Shown in pieces: positions 8,742-18,828 of a stretch of 34,772 nucleotides of DNA. Below the pieces are notes generated by a model. That model saw nothing but the letters and a program-made list of their open reading frames with translations, did no database searches and was not told the DNA's origin. The stretch is from an uncultured Actinomycetota bacterium (lineage in GTDB: Bacteria > Actinomycetota > Actinomycetes > Mycobacteriales > Geodermatophilaceae), in NCBI GenBank assembly GCA_963766765.1, contig CAVYBR010000006.1, forward strand, positions 1-34,772, read 5' to 3'. Positions within the stretch are counted from its first letter, which is position 1. The number at the start of each line of letters is the position of its first letter. The translations under genes were made by a program, and so were the position numbers.

Positions 8742-10247
8742 GTGCACGATCTGACGACAGACGGCATAGTCTGCCAGCGGCTTCGACGCCAAGGGTACGT
8801 TCTACGTGTGCTCGAACCGCTCAGGCAGGACTTGTGGGACATTATCCACCCAACACTCGCACCGGCGCGGGATGCCGGGAGGCAATATCTCGAGTCGAAT
8901 CACTATGTGGAACGGACCGACGAGCGCAAGTACCGCGAAAGCGACACGGGCTGGCCGCTCATTATTGCTGATCGAATGTTCGCGGAAGGACCGCCGAACT
9001 GGCGTTCACTGTTCTCCGCAGAGCCCGGCCAGTTGTCGAAGGTACTGGTCGACGAGGTTCCCGCGCTGGCACAGGGAATGCGGGCCGCGGTTGATCTCGC
9101 CGAGCGGGACGCCGAGTTCGCCGAAGGGCTGACCTACCTCTATGAAATCGCAGATCCAGATCGCCGTACGCGATACCTGCAGGGCGAGTTCCTGTCGATC
9201 GTCGGCGACATTCTCGGTCGCGCAGAATCCCTGGGGGTCGAGGACGAGGACGGTCTGCTGGATCTCTACCTCCAGGTCGAGCGTGGCCGGTTCGCAACGG
9301 AGCTCACCGGCGACATCATCGTCCCATTGGTGCTGACTGCCTTCGATATGTCGGAGCCTGTCCAGATGTTGGACTCGTTCTGGCTCGAGCCGATGAGCGT
9401 GGAACTGCAGCGTGCGCGTGCGCTGGATCAGATGTACTCGGAAACCGTGTCGCCGTGGATCGCAGCAGCGGCAACACACGCGATCGTTCAACGCGAAGTC
9501 GTATTTCCCAACACGATGTGGCCGCCAAAACTTCAGCGCGGTGCCGATCGATCGCCCGTACCACTCGAGACCGTCGATCGAGTTCTCGAATGCATCCACT
9601 TGGTGACCGGCAAGAGGACCGGCTATGCGCAGGTTCTCGTGAGAGCGGACAGCTGGGTTTCGTGGTCTGGCTGGATCGGCGATCTACCGCATGTCTGGAG
9701 AGCGGCAACGACGAAGGCATACTCGGATAGCTTCGACGGTGGCTGGTTGCAGCCGAAGCAACCCATCTCCGAGGCTGAGACGGCGGAGATCGCAATCGTC
9801 CTCGCAGCCCTGGTCAGAGCTCCGAAGAACGTGCAACTCGCCGCTCGCCGATGCTTCCGATCGACCTTTCGCGTAGACGTCAAAGACGAGATTCTCGACG
9901 CGACCATCGGCATCGAAGCGCTGCTGAGCCACGGCCGAGATGAGCTGACACACCGGATGTCACAGCGGGCCGCTGCCGCCTTGGCAGGAGAGTTCCGCTC
10001 CGACGCCATCTATCAGCTCCTCAAACAGGTCTACACGCAACGATCCCAAATCGTTCACGGGAGCACGCCGAAGAACTCAAAGGTTCGATTCGAGGACTCC
10101 GACTACTCGACGAACCACATGGGAGTATTCCTGCTCCGCAAGCTGCTCCGAAGCTACCTACTCGCCGACGAACCCTGGACGCCGACCAGTCTGGACGACC
10201 TGATCATCCAGAGGCTTGGCCGCGTCGAGACCGATGGAGCGCCTTGA
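8742..10247 (+). CDS. 501-aa protein with a C-terminal HEPN-like putative RNase domain (R-x4-H motif) and an uncharacterised N-terminal domain. Candidate abortive-infection or toxin protein (ApeA/Abi-like architecture).
   Basis: Intact 1.5-kb ORF in a segment of visibly lower GC (about 55-60%). The C-terminal ...DEILDATIGIEALLSHGRDELTHRMSQRAAAALAGEFRSDAIYQLLKQVYTQRSQIVHGS... contains the conserved helix plus the Rx4-6H motif (TQRSQIVHG) diagnostic of HEPN domains. The GTG start at 8742 is uncertain; internal Met codons at 8979 and 9078 are alternatives. Confidence 0.55.
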   Translation: MHDLTTDGIVCQRLRRQGYVLRVLEPLRQDLWDIIHPTLAPARDAGRQYLESNHYVERTDERKYRESDTGWPLIIADRMFAEGPPNWRSLFSAEPGQLSKVLVDEVPALAQGMRAAVDLAERDAEFAEGLTYLYEIADPDRRTRYLQGEFLSIVGDILGRAESLGVEDEDGLLDLYLQVERGRFATELTGDIIVPLVLTAFDMSEPVQMLDSFWLEPMSVELQRARALDQMYSETVSPWIAAAATHAIVQREVVFPNTMWPPKLQRGADRSPVPLETVDRVLECIHLVTGKRTGYAQVLVRADSWVSWSGWIGDLPHVWRAATTKAYSDSFDGGWLQPKQPISEAETAEIAIVLAALVRAPKNVQLAARRCFRSTFRVDVKDEILDATIGIEALLSHGRDELTHRMSQRAAAALAGEFRSDAIYQLLKQVYTQRSQIVHGSTPKNSKVRFEDSDYSTNHMGVFLLRKLLRSYLLADEPWTPTSLDDLIIQRLGRVETDGAP

Positions 10248-10614
10248 AGTTGCGGTGCTGCTGAGTCAGAGCCTGCCGATCAGTATGCTGGTTCGTGCGT
10301 GACGGATGCGCGGGCTGAGCACGACGGTCCGAACGAGCAGGCACTCACGGCACGACCACAGGAGAAGCAGCTCGGCACTGGTCGCCCGTGCAGCTGGACC
10401 AGGTCCAGGTCGTTGAGTGGAACACTGCTCATATCGGGATCTGGTCCGCGTACCGCTCGAAGAGCGGATTCGATCTCGCTCCGGGCCGACCTGCTCGTGG
10501 CGCTGGCTTCGGAGCGCAATTCGTCAGCCCGGTTGCTGATCTCGGGCCCGCCGGTCGACACGACCGGTCGGGCCGCGTGATGGACCGCGCACTGCCACAC
10601 TGAGCGCTCGAGGA

Positions 10615-11601
10615 ATGTCCCACCCGGGTGGAGTGGCGAACGGGTCGGGCGGCCGATTCCCGACCTACCGACGATCTGGAGGTCATGTGGCGAGACCGAC
10701 CGTGAGCACCATCGTGGCCGCTGTCCGCAGGTCTACGCACAGCGAACTGGTGGCGAGGTACTACCGGCGGATCGTCACAGTCCCGCTCACACTGGCGGTC
10801 GGTTGGTTCAGTGGGTTCATGGTCGTCGGGATCGCGATCTTCGTTGTGCTAGGAATCATCGGCGCAGACAAAGATGCCTTCATGGATCGGCACGTGGGAC
10901 ACATCAGCTTGCTGATCGGTGGAGTCGTGATCGCGGTCCTGGTGACGGCTCGCCGACGATTGATGCTGGTCGCAGATGAGACTGCTCAGCCGACGTACCC
11001 GCGACCCGCACGATCGGAGTGGCCAAGCCGAGCTCGCGATGTCGCGATTTTCTATGTGTTCATGGGCCTGGCGGCGTTGTGGATCGGCGTAGTCATCGTC
11101 GTCAGCATCATCGCGACTGTCGCGGCAAGGTTGTTCGGAGTGGACGAGATCTCCGATCTCGTGTGGATCCTCCCGATCTCCGTGCTGACCCTTCCGCTGG
11201 CCGTGTGGTCCTATGGACTCGGGCGGAACACTCACCTTGCTCAGCTCGAATCGGCGACGCCGCCGGCCCTTCAACGCGCACATCGGCTGCGCGATCTGGC
11301 CCAGTCCCTCGAGGATGCGATGCACGAGGCGACGCTCATGGCCGACGAGCTCCAGACAGCAATCGACACGGAGAAGAGCATGGTCGCTGAGCTGTTGAAA
11401 CAGTCCGCCGAGGCCAGACGAATCGCCGACATCGAATCCGACCAGCTCAACGCCCTCCTGGCCCATCAGGAGCGTCGTCAGCATCGCAGCACGATCCGCG
11501 AACGGTGGATCAACATCGTTGTCGCCGTGCTCGGCCTGATCGTGGGCTACCTGCTCAACTTGGTCAGTCCAGCCTTCTTCACAGGTCTCTTCAGTCATTG
11601 A
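10615..11601 (+). CDS. Integral membrane protein with about 6 N-terminal TM helices, a roughly 70-aa coiled-coil segment and a C-terminal TM helix. The true start is probably an internal Met.
   Basis: 328-aa ORF, co-oriented and immediately downstream of the HEPN-like gene, with the same lower-GC composition. TM segments include LTLAVGWFSGFMVVGIAIFVVLGIIG, ISLLIGGVVIAVLVTA, VAIFYVFMGLAALWIGVVIVVSIIATV, LVWILPISVLTLPLAVW and WINIVVAVLGLIVGYLLNLV. The coiled coil is ...LRDLAQSLEDAMHEATLMADELQTAIDTEKSMVAELLKQSAEARRIADIESDQLNALLAHQERRQ. Confidence 0.5.
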   Translation: MSHPGGVANGSGGRFPTYRRSGGHVARPTVSTIVAAVRRSTHSELVARYYRRIVTVPLTLAVGWFSGFMVVGIAIFVVLGIIGADKDAFMDRHVGHISLLIGGVVIAVLVTARRRLMLVADETAQPTYPRPARSEWPSRARDVAIFYVFMGLAALWIGVVIVVSIIATVAARLFGVDEISDLVWILPISVLTLPLAVWSYGLGRNTHLAQLESATPPALQRAHRLRDLAQSLEDAMHEATLMADELQTAIDTEKSMVAELLKQSAEARRIADIESDQLNALLAHQERRQHRSTIRERWINIVVAVLGLIVGYLLNLVSPAFFTGLFSH

Positions 11602-11779
11602 CCGAACGCAACTGGGCGCCCGCGTGGCAAACTTCAACGCAAGTCACTGGACGCCCAGAATTACGAGGTGAATGTTCTCCAAGTGGCTGTGACAGCGAAT
11701 CCTGACGTCGTTTGCTCGTGAAAGCTAGCGGCACTTGGGCGGGGGCTGAGGTGAGATCTCCGCGACTTTTGATGTCAGC

Positions 11780-12650
11780 GCGAGTGGATCGGCGGCGGCG
11801 AGGGCGGGTGGAGCAGACGGATCGCACGATGCGCTCGGTGACCCGGACCAGGATCGGGCGACCATACCGCTCGGTGTTGGGGATCTGGGCCAGCGCCAGG
11901 ATCAGTCGCCGTGATGTGGTTGGTCGCGGTGTTGCTGCCGGCGTTGCCCGGGGCGCAGCAACCCGGCCGGTGCTTCACCGGTCTTGTCGAGGAACGCCAC
12001 CAGCGGGTTGGTACCCGAAGCCGCCTCTGAACGTGGCAGCAGCCGATTCTTTCTCGCCGGTGACAGGTGACCAGGCTGGCGTCGATGTCGATGACCAGGG
12101 CCGGCAGCACAACCCACCCGCGGCTGCGGCCGGCAACACCCGCCCAACTTCTGTCCGTGCCGGAAACCGACTCTCCAGCGACCTCGGCGTCACCAAGCTC
12201 GTCCTCAAGCAATGTCTACCCTGACAGCGCCAGGCGATCGAGGAGACAGACCAGGTCGGCTGACTGCAAGGACAAGCCCGCCGCCGGCACATCGTTCCAC
12301 TCGGACGGCCAAGCGAGGCCCGCAAACCCATCCTCCGCGGAGATGTCGGTCTCCCCCGTCGGCAGCAGCAAGAACCCGGCGCCGGTGCGAGGTTCGAGGT
12401 ACGCGGTGTGCGCCGCCGACTCAACGGCCGCGATCTCGACGGGCCTGGGGACGCCGACGTCAATCGTAAGGTCCTGGTCTCGCAGCAGCGGGCGCGACGG
12501 CTCGGGGCCGACGTTCAGGTTCCGGTGATAGTAGGCCGAGACCGCCGGCAGCGGAATCCGGCACGTCTGGAGGTCGTGTGTCACCCGCACTACCTTTGCC
12601 AACCCAGCTTTACGAACGGCTGGACGCATTCTTGACGATCTGATGACACC
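11780..12650 (-). pseudogene. IS1380-family (DDE) transposase remnant, frameshifted into at least 3 frames and C-terminally truncated.
   Basis: Minus-strand frames contain, in the correct order, ...ALVIDIDASLVTCH... (first Asp region), ...TFRGGFGYQP..., ...LVAFLDKTGEAPAGLLRPG... and ...APGNAGSNTATNHI... These correspond to the KGGFGYHPL / AFLDxTGE / RPGNAGSNTAxDH signature blocks of IS1380-type transposases. The blocks are split between ORFs 11775..12212, 11975..12463 and 11902..12147. Confidence 0.55.
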
Positions 12651-13002
12651 TGACGTCATCGAGCTGACGACATGAATTGCGGTGCCCAATATTTGCCTCG
12701 CCAAGTCATGGATCCACAGGTCGGGGTGGCTCTGGGCGAAGAAAGGTTGAGACGAAGCGGCGGGGGCGTCCCACAACTTCTTCTCCGGAGCGTCGTCGTC
12801 GCTGCGAGTCGCTGGAGTATTCCGGTGGTGCGGCGAGATTGCGGGCCGGGGACTTCCCGGCGACGCCCGTACTCCACCGATCTGGCAATGATCGACGTGA
12901 AACGTTGGGGCTGCAGGTCCGATGTACACCTTGTTGGGGGCATGCTGAGATCTGCCAACGAGTCGCTGGCCGCTCGGCAACGCGTTACCACAAGGGGGCA
13001 GG

Positions 13003-13644
13003 ATGTCGGGAGCAGGTCATGGGCCCGGAGGATCACCGAGATCGGTGCCTCATTGGCTCGCGATAGCGGCAGCAATCGCCACCGTCATCGGCGTGCCGAT
13101 AGCCATCTATGCGATCGTTTCCGACCCAGGTGACGCCGCTCCGCTCTCGCCGACAACGAACTCGGCGACCACGAGTTCACCGACGCAGAGCGCAAGCCCG
13201 CCGGTCACGCCGGCATCTAGTCCGGTCACAGCGAGTCCGACACCAACGCACGTCCCCACGCCCTCACCCACCCCCACGTCGGCACTTCCCGAGCCGCTCA
13301 AGATCGAAGCGGTCGAGATCGAATTCGGCGAAAGTGCTGGCGGCATCGGGCCGGGCATGTACTCCCTGCGCGCGCAGAGCAAGGTCAACCTTCACTTCTG
13401 GTGGACGACTCACACCAATTACGGCGAACTCGATGGCAAGAAGTGCACTGTCGTCGCTCAGACCCGCAACGCGGCGACCGGATCCTTCGTCAGCGGCGAC
13501 TCAAACTACCCCACGGACGTGTGCTCCTGGAAGGGGTGGCTGGCAATCCAGGTGCCCGAGGGCAGATACCAGGTCAGAGTGAAGGTGACTACCGCTGGCG
13601 GGTCGACTCGCACAGGCGTAGCCAACTTCACAGTCGTGGGATGA
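13003..13644 (+). CDS. Membrane-anchored protein with a Pro/Thr/Ser-rich linker and a roughly 110-aa C-terminal beta-rich domain.
   Basis: 213-aa ORF with ATG preceded by AAGGGGGCAGG. The TM segment is HWLAIAAAIATVIGVPIAIYAIV. A PT-rich low-complexity spacer is followed by a Trp- and Cys-containing globular domain. Confidence 0.55.
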   Translation: MSGAGHGPGGSPRSVPHWLAIAAAIATVIGVPIAIYAIVSDPGDAAPLSPTTNSATTSSPTQSASPPVTPASSPVTASPTPTHVPTPSPTPTSALPEPLKIEAVEIEFGESAGGIGPGMYSLRAQSKVNLHFWWTTHTNYGELDGKKCTVVAQTRNAATGSFVSGDSNYPTDVCSWKGWLAIQVPEGRYQVRVKVTTAGGSTRTGVANFTVVG

Positions 13645-13950
13645 CCCGACCACAGGAACGAGTTCACCAACAACTTAGACCTACGGATCCTGTGAAGACG
13701 GGCCGGCACCCAACCGAGCGACTCCTTGCGGGCCCGATCAGCGCCGCGTCCGCCCTCAATGGTTACGGAACCAACGCCTCCGCCGGTTGCATGTCGACCG
13801 GCGAAACGCATGGATCCGAGGATGTGCGTCGATGGCGTTGGTAAAGACCAGTGGCCGCGAGCGGCGGCCGTCGTCGCACGACCGCGTCAGGCCGTCGATC
13901 GGCTTGTGCAGGCAGTCAGACCCGATCGGTGCACAGGAGGGTGGCGGGCT

Positions 13951-14679
13951 TCATTTGTCTGTGCCTTCGATCAGAGCGTCCCAGTCGATCGTCGTACTGC
14001 CAGGGCTTCCCTCGCCCAGGACGAACCTGCTCGGGTCGCCCGCCGCGCGGGCGCCTGAGGCGAGCCAGGCAGCGAGTCCGGGTGGATTCCGTCGCTCCAG
14101 TTCGTCGAGGAAGGCACGACGCGTCTCAATGATGCGAGAGCGCTCCGCCGGGGATTTAGCCGTCTCCAGAGCAGAGAAGCTGGCCCGCCACGCCAAGCAC
14201 AAGGCATCATCACTCAGCTCGGCAGCCTCGGTTTCTGCAGAGACGGTCAACTCGGCTTCCCACAGAGTGCCGGCGGGCGCAGTCTCCGGCAGGTGCTCGT
14301 CCGGATCCCGGCGCTGCGGCAGTTGGCCCTGCTCTCTGAGCCAACCCATCCAACGACGCGCGACGTACGGCGATCCACCGACGGCCAGCGCCAGCACGAG
14401 CACCGCCATCGGCGCGCCCAGGAGCGACCCGAGTCCGACGAACGCTACGGTGCCTGCTCCGGAGACAACCGTATTCGTGGCAACCAAAGGCCACTGCTGC
14501 CGCTTGACCTGGGTGCCGTCTGCCGGTGTCAGGGCGACCATGGTCGCGGCAGCTCCGGTCAGCGCGGCCAGGACGAACAACAGGATCTGCGTCGACCGCT
14601 CCCAGGTGAGTGCGGCCATCGCGCCGGTCACCCCGACGGCGCCGCAGAAACTCAGCCAGGCAACCCGATGCACCCTCAT
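13951..14679 (-). CDS. Hypothetical 4-TM membrane protein with a conserved cytoplasmic C-terminal domain (paralogue A).
   Basis: 243-aa ORF from an internal Met of ORF 13951..15078. The ATG is preceded by GGAGGAGAAGG. It is paralogous to the disrupted copy at 16355..17109 and shares the ...LSDEALCLAWRASFSAL...RSRIIETRRAFLDELERR...AAWLASGARAAGDPSRFVLG...IDWD... blocks. Confidence 0.55.
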   Translation of the reverse strand: MRVHRVAWLSFCGAVGVTGAMAALTWERSTQILLFVLAALTGAAATMVALTPADGTQVKRQQWPLVATNTVVSGAGTVAFVGLGSLLGAPMAVLVLALAVGGSPYVARRWMGWLREQGQLPQRRDPDEHLPETAPAGTLWEAELTVSAETEAAELSDDALCLAWRASFSALETAKSPAERSRIIETRRAFLDELERRNPPGLAAWLASGARAAGDPSRFVLGEGSPGSTTIDWDALIEGTDK

Positions 14680-15151
14680 CCTTCTCCTCCAACCTACGAG
14701 GCTGTTGCTGCAAGCCTGTTCTGAAACACGAGTGACCCCTAGGGCAACGACCGGCGAACACATCGCCCGCAGATCGCCGACGTCCGGCAATGAAGGCGGC
14801 CCGCAAGGAAGATCGTGCGCGTGCCCATGCGGACGTACGCCGGGGAAGGCGTTGCGAGGCATCCGACGGTCCGATCGGGGGCCCTCACGGGCGTGCTCTG
14901 GCTGCTGTTCATCGGCCTCCACACCACCTTCCTCGTGCAGCACTGGCTCGGCGTCGAGGGCATGCCGCGGCACTACGCCTCGTACGGCGCCAACCGCGCA
15001 TCGGCGGACAACCTGCTGGACGCCGGCTACGACGAGGGCCGCGTGGAGAATCTGGAAAAGAACATCGAAAACGAACACTCCGACACCCGGGCCGCGGCGG
15101 TGACTCCAGGGAATGAAAGGCCCGGGATGGGCGACGAGGATCGGGCAGTTG

Positions 15152-16298
15152 TCAGGCCAACGGTCCTCGATGAGTGTGAACCCGGAGGCCGGGAGTTGGC
15201 GGGTCTGCGGCCAGGTTTGTCAGGTTCGCCAGTACGTCTTGGTAGGCCTTGTTGAAGCTGGCGATGCCGTTGTCCTCCAGGGTGCGACCGACGGCGGTCA
15301 TGTCGACGCCGACGGCCGCCAGCCGCTGCATCAGTTCGGCTGGCTTGCGGCACACCGTTGTCGACGGTGCGAGCCATCGTGCCGTGATCCTCGAAGGCGG
15401 CGATGGTTGCTTCGGGCAAGGTCGTGACCGTTTCGGGGCCGATGAGTTCCTCGACGTAGCGGGTGTCGCGGTCCTTGGGGTTCTTGGTGGACGTCGAGGC
15501 CCACAGCGGACGCTGGACATCTGCGCCCAGGCCGGCGAGCCGGTGCCAGCGCTTGGTAGAGAACTGTTCGGTGAACAACCGGTAGGCCAGCTTGGCCTGC
15601 GCGACCGCGGCCTGGCCGCGCAGGGCGAGCGCCTCGTCGGTGCCGAGCGCCTCGAGTCGCTGGTCGACCTCGGTGTCGACCCGGCTGACGAAGAACGAGG
15701 CGACGCTGCTGACGGTCGAGGGATCGCCGCCGTTGGCGGTGAACTTCTCCAGCCCGGACAGGTAGGCCTCGATGATCTCGGCGTACCGGGACAGGCGAGA
15801 ACAACAGCGTCACGTTGATGCTGGCACCCTCGCCGATCAGTGCTTCGACGGCGGTGACGCCTTCCGCAGTTGCGGGAATCTTCACGAGCAGATTGGGTTG
15901 GGCGATACGACGGCGCAGCCACCGCGCGGCGGCGATCGTTGCCGGGCGCGTCGTGAGCCAGCTCGGGAGACACCTCCACCGACACGAACCCGTCGATGCA
16001 GTCACCCCCGTCGAAGACCGGTCGCAGTACGGCGAGCGCCTGACTGGCGTCGGAGATGACCAGCTCCCAGTAGGCCTCGTCCACCGACTTGCCGGCGGCC
16101 ATCAGCTCCGAGAACTGTTCGTCGTAGTCGTGGGAGCCGGTGATACTCCGGGCGAAGATCGTCGGGTTCGCGGTGACGCCGCGGATCCCGTCGGCGACCA
16201 TGCGCGCCAGGGTGCCGTCACGCAGAGTAGGCGCGGGTGAGGTTGTCCAGCCATGGGCTCTGCCCGAAGTGGCCGTAGAGGTGTTCCAGCTTGGTCAT
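15152..16298 (-). pseudogene. tal: Transaldolase (tal) with at least 4 frameshifts and one internal stop.
   Basis: Transaldolase blocks are spread over three minus-strand frames. They run from MTKLEHLYGHFGQSPWLDNLTRAYSA(stop) and LRDGTLARMVADGIRGVTANPTIFARSI...VSVEVSP, through ...[35 protein letters not shown]... and ...[42 protein letters not shown]..., to the C-terminal ...[31 protein letters not shown]. Confidence 0.7.
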
Positions 16299-16354
16299 CG
16301 TGTTCTCGGTCTCCCTGGCATCCGGCCAGCTGCGGCTATCGAGTTTGTGGTTGT

Positions 16355-17109
16355 TCACTTGTCCGTGTCGTGGAGCAGGTCGTCCCAGTCAATGGGGGCG
16401 CGACCTGCCGCGCCGTCTCCCAGGACGAACCTGCTGGGGTCTCCGGCTGCTCTCGGTCCGGACGCCAGCCACGCGGCCATGCCGTGCGCGGTGCGGCGCT
16501 CGATCTCGTCGAGATACGCCCGGCGCTCGTCGACGATCCGCAACCGTTGCGTCGGCGAACCGGCTCTTTGCAGGGCCGAGAAGCTGGCCCGCCAGGCCAC
16601 GCAGAGGGCTTCGTCGCTCAGGGCATCCGGCGCGATGTGAGGCTTGGGCGCCTGGTCTGGTTCGGTCCCCAAGATGGGTGCCGTCGCCGGACGTTGACGA
16701 GCGGTCGGCACGATCCGGTCGGAGAGGCCGAGGTGACGAGCTGGCCAGGTGGCCGTGTTCGAGGAGCCAGCGAAGGCAGTAGCGAATCGCGTACGGGGAT
16801 GCCGCCGACGAGGATGGCCAGCAGTAGCACCGCTGTCGGCGCGCCTACCAAGGTGCCCAGGCCGATGAAGGAGACCGTGCCGCCCGCGGTGAGGGCTGTG
16901 CTGCGGGCCACGATCCGTCGTCGATCCCGCGGAGGTCGGCTGGGACCGTCGGGGTCCGCCAAAGCGACCATGGCCACGACTGCACCCGTGAGTGCCGCGA
17001 GGACGAGCAGCATGATGACGTTCGTGAGTGACCAGGTGAAGGCCATGACTGCGCCTAGCGGCGCCGAGCACACCACAGAAGAACAACCAGAAGACTCGAT
17101 AGGCCTTCA
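16355..17109 (-). pseudogene. Disrupted paralogue (copy B) of the 4-TM protein at 13951..14679, with two frameshifts.
   Basis: N-terminal MKAYRVFWLFFCGVLGAA... and C-terminal ...LSDEALCVAWRASFSALQRAGSPTQRLRIVDERRAYLDEIERR...IDWDDLLHDTDK sit in ORF 16355..17233. The central TM region (AVMAFTWSLTNVIMLLVLAALTGAVVAMVAL...GLGTLVGAPTAVLLLAILVGG) is in a different frame, ORF 16618..17076. Confidence 0.5.
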
Positions 17110-17411
17110 TGGTGTGTTCTCCTGCGCCGTAGCGTCGGCGCGTCGAGGCGGGCTGCGACTGATTGGTCCACGACAAACCTCCTTGCGGCGGCGGGCGGAT
17201 CCCGAAGGAGACGGCCCTGACTCGGTCATGCACACGAGCGACAGCCCGCCGGCGTCCGTGCCTGGTGAGCCGAGCTCCGGGGTCTTGCTCGTGCAGCTAC
17301 GACTGTGCCGCTGCGGGGCGATGACAGGTACGGCAACGATCGGCGAACCTGAGGCGGCCTTGATGGCCGACGCCCGGCAACGATGGCCCGCGGGAGCAGG
17401 GTCGGGGTCGG

Positions 17412-18650
17412 TTAGGCGTGGGCCTCCGCGCCGGATGGAAGGTCGCGGGCGGGCCAATCGAGGAGTCGTGCGCCGAGGACGGCGATGTGCAGCGTGAACC
17501 GTTGTGCCGGGTCGCCCGGGTCGTGTCCGGTCAGGGTCTTGACCTTGTCCAGCCGGTAGGTGACGGTGCGGACCGACATGTTCAGGCGCCGGGCCGCCTC
17601 GGTGGCGACCTCACCGGTCGCGAAGTACGCCTCGAGGGTCTGCAGCAACGGCTCTGCGCCGCCGCGGGCCTGGGTCAGCGGGCCGAGCACGGCCTGGATG
17701 AGATCGACGATGGCGGCCTGGTCGCGGATCAGAACCCGGTACACGAGCATGTCTTCTGCGTCGACGACAGCGGCGTCGAGTTGCAACCGGTCGGCCAGCG
17801 TCAGCGCTTCCCGCGCCTCTTCGTAGGAGCGGGCGATGCCGTAGGAACCGGGGTAGGGCCGGCCCGTCGTGACGCGCCATTCGCGGCCCGACCGGTGCCG
17901 GATCAACGCGTCGTGGATCAGGGTCCCCACACCCTGGGTGATGGTGCGGGGGGCCGTGCTGGGGGCTGTCGCCGGGATCAAGCACCACGAGCAGGCCTTC
18001 TTTGGTGGCGACGAGAACCTCACGGTCCCCGAAACGGTCGAGAATGAAGGCTTCCAGCATGCTCACGCTCGTGTCGCCCTCGGGGAGGCTGTCGGCAGGG
18101 CGGGCCAGGACCACCTGGTGCGGCCGGCCGAGGTCGAGCCCGAACGGTTCGGCGCGCTCCACGATCCGGCGACGTCAGGGTCGCCGCGCAGCAGGTCGTC
18201 GATCAGTTCGCGGCGCAGCGATTCCTCCTGCCGGATCAGGTGCTGAGTGGCGATCTGGTAGCTGTCGACGAGGACGGCGATCGCTTCACCGACAGCGCGA
18301 AGTACCGCTTGTGCAGAGGCGCGGACGGTGTCGCGGTCGCGGTACGGCACGACGTCGGGCAGGTCCCGCCACATCCGCCAGGCCGCGGACAGGTAGAGGT
18401 CGACGACCCGTCCGGCAGGGATGCCCTGTTCGGCGGCGCGACGCCCGAGTTCACGCACGATCGCCAATTCGTGGTCACGGGGCCGTCGCCCCGAGATGGC
18501 AGCGTCCGCGAGCAGGGTGAGGTATTCGACCAGCAGCTCGAGCGGCGCCTGGGAGTCTCCAGCGGCCGCTTGTGCGATCGCCGTCAGCCATGCTTCATCG
18601 GCGCTGTTCGCGGCGGAACCCGGCCACCGCAGCCCCCCGGACTCGCTCAT
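17412..18650 (-). pseudogene. PucR/CdaR-family transcriptional regulator, split over three frames.
   Basis: The N-terminal part is ORF 18063..18650. The middle part is ORF 17611..18162 (...EAFILDRFGDREVLVATKEGLLVVL...). The C-terminal PucR HTH is in ORF 17412..18023 (...LEAYFATGEVATEAARRLNMSVRTVTYRLDKVKTLTGHDPGDPAQRFTLHIAV...). Confidence 0.6.
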
Positions 18651-18828
18651 GCCGCTCCCCTCGCACTGGATCTACGCAGGTGCTCGGGCCATGTCCCAGT
18701 AGAGCATCGTTGCCGGACGTCGGCCATAAGCCTGGTCACAGGTTCGCCGATCGGCGCCCTACCTGTCTGACCGCTGGAACGGCACAGTCGAAGCCGTGGG
18801 GCACCCAGAGCTGAAGCGGAGCGGCGAC

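Noticed and set aside
13787-15103. 438-aa plus-strand ORF, and the similar plus-strand 414-aa ORF 16253..17497.
   Set aside because: Both run antisense to the paralogous 4-TM genes and have Ser/Arg/Pro-rich junk composition.
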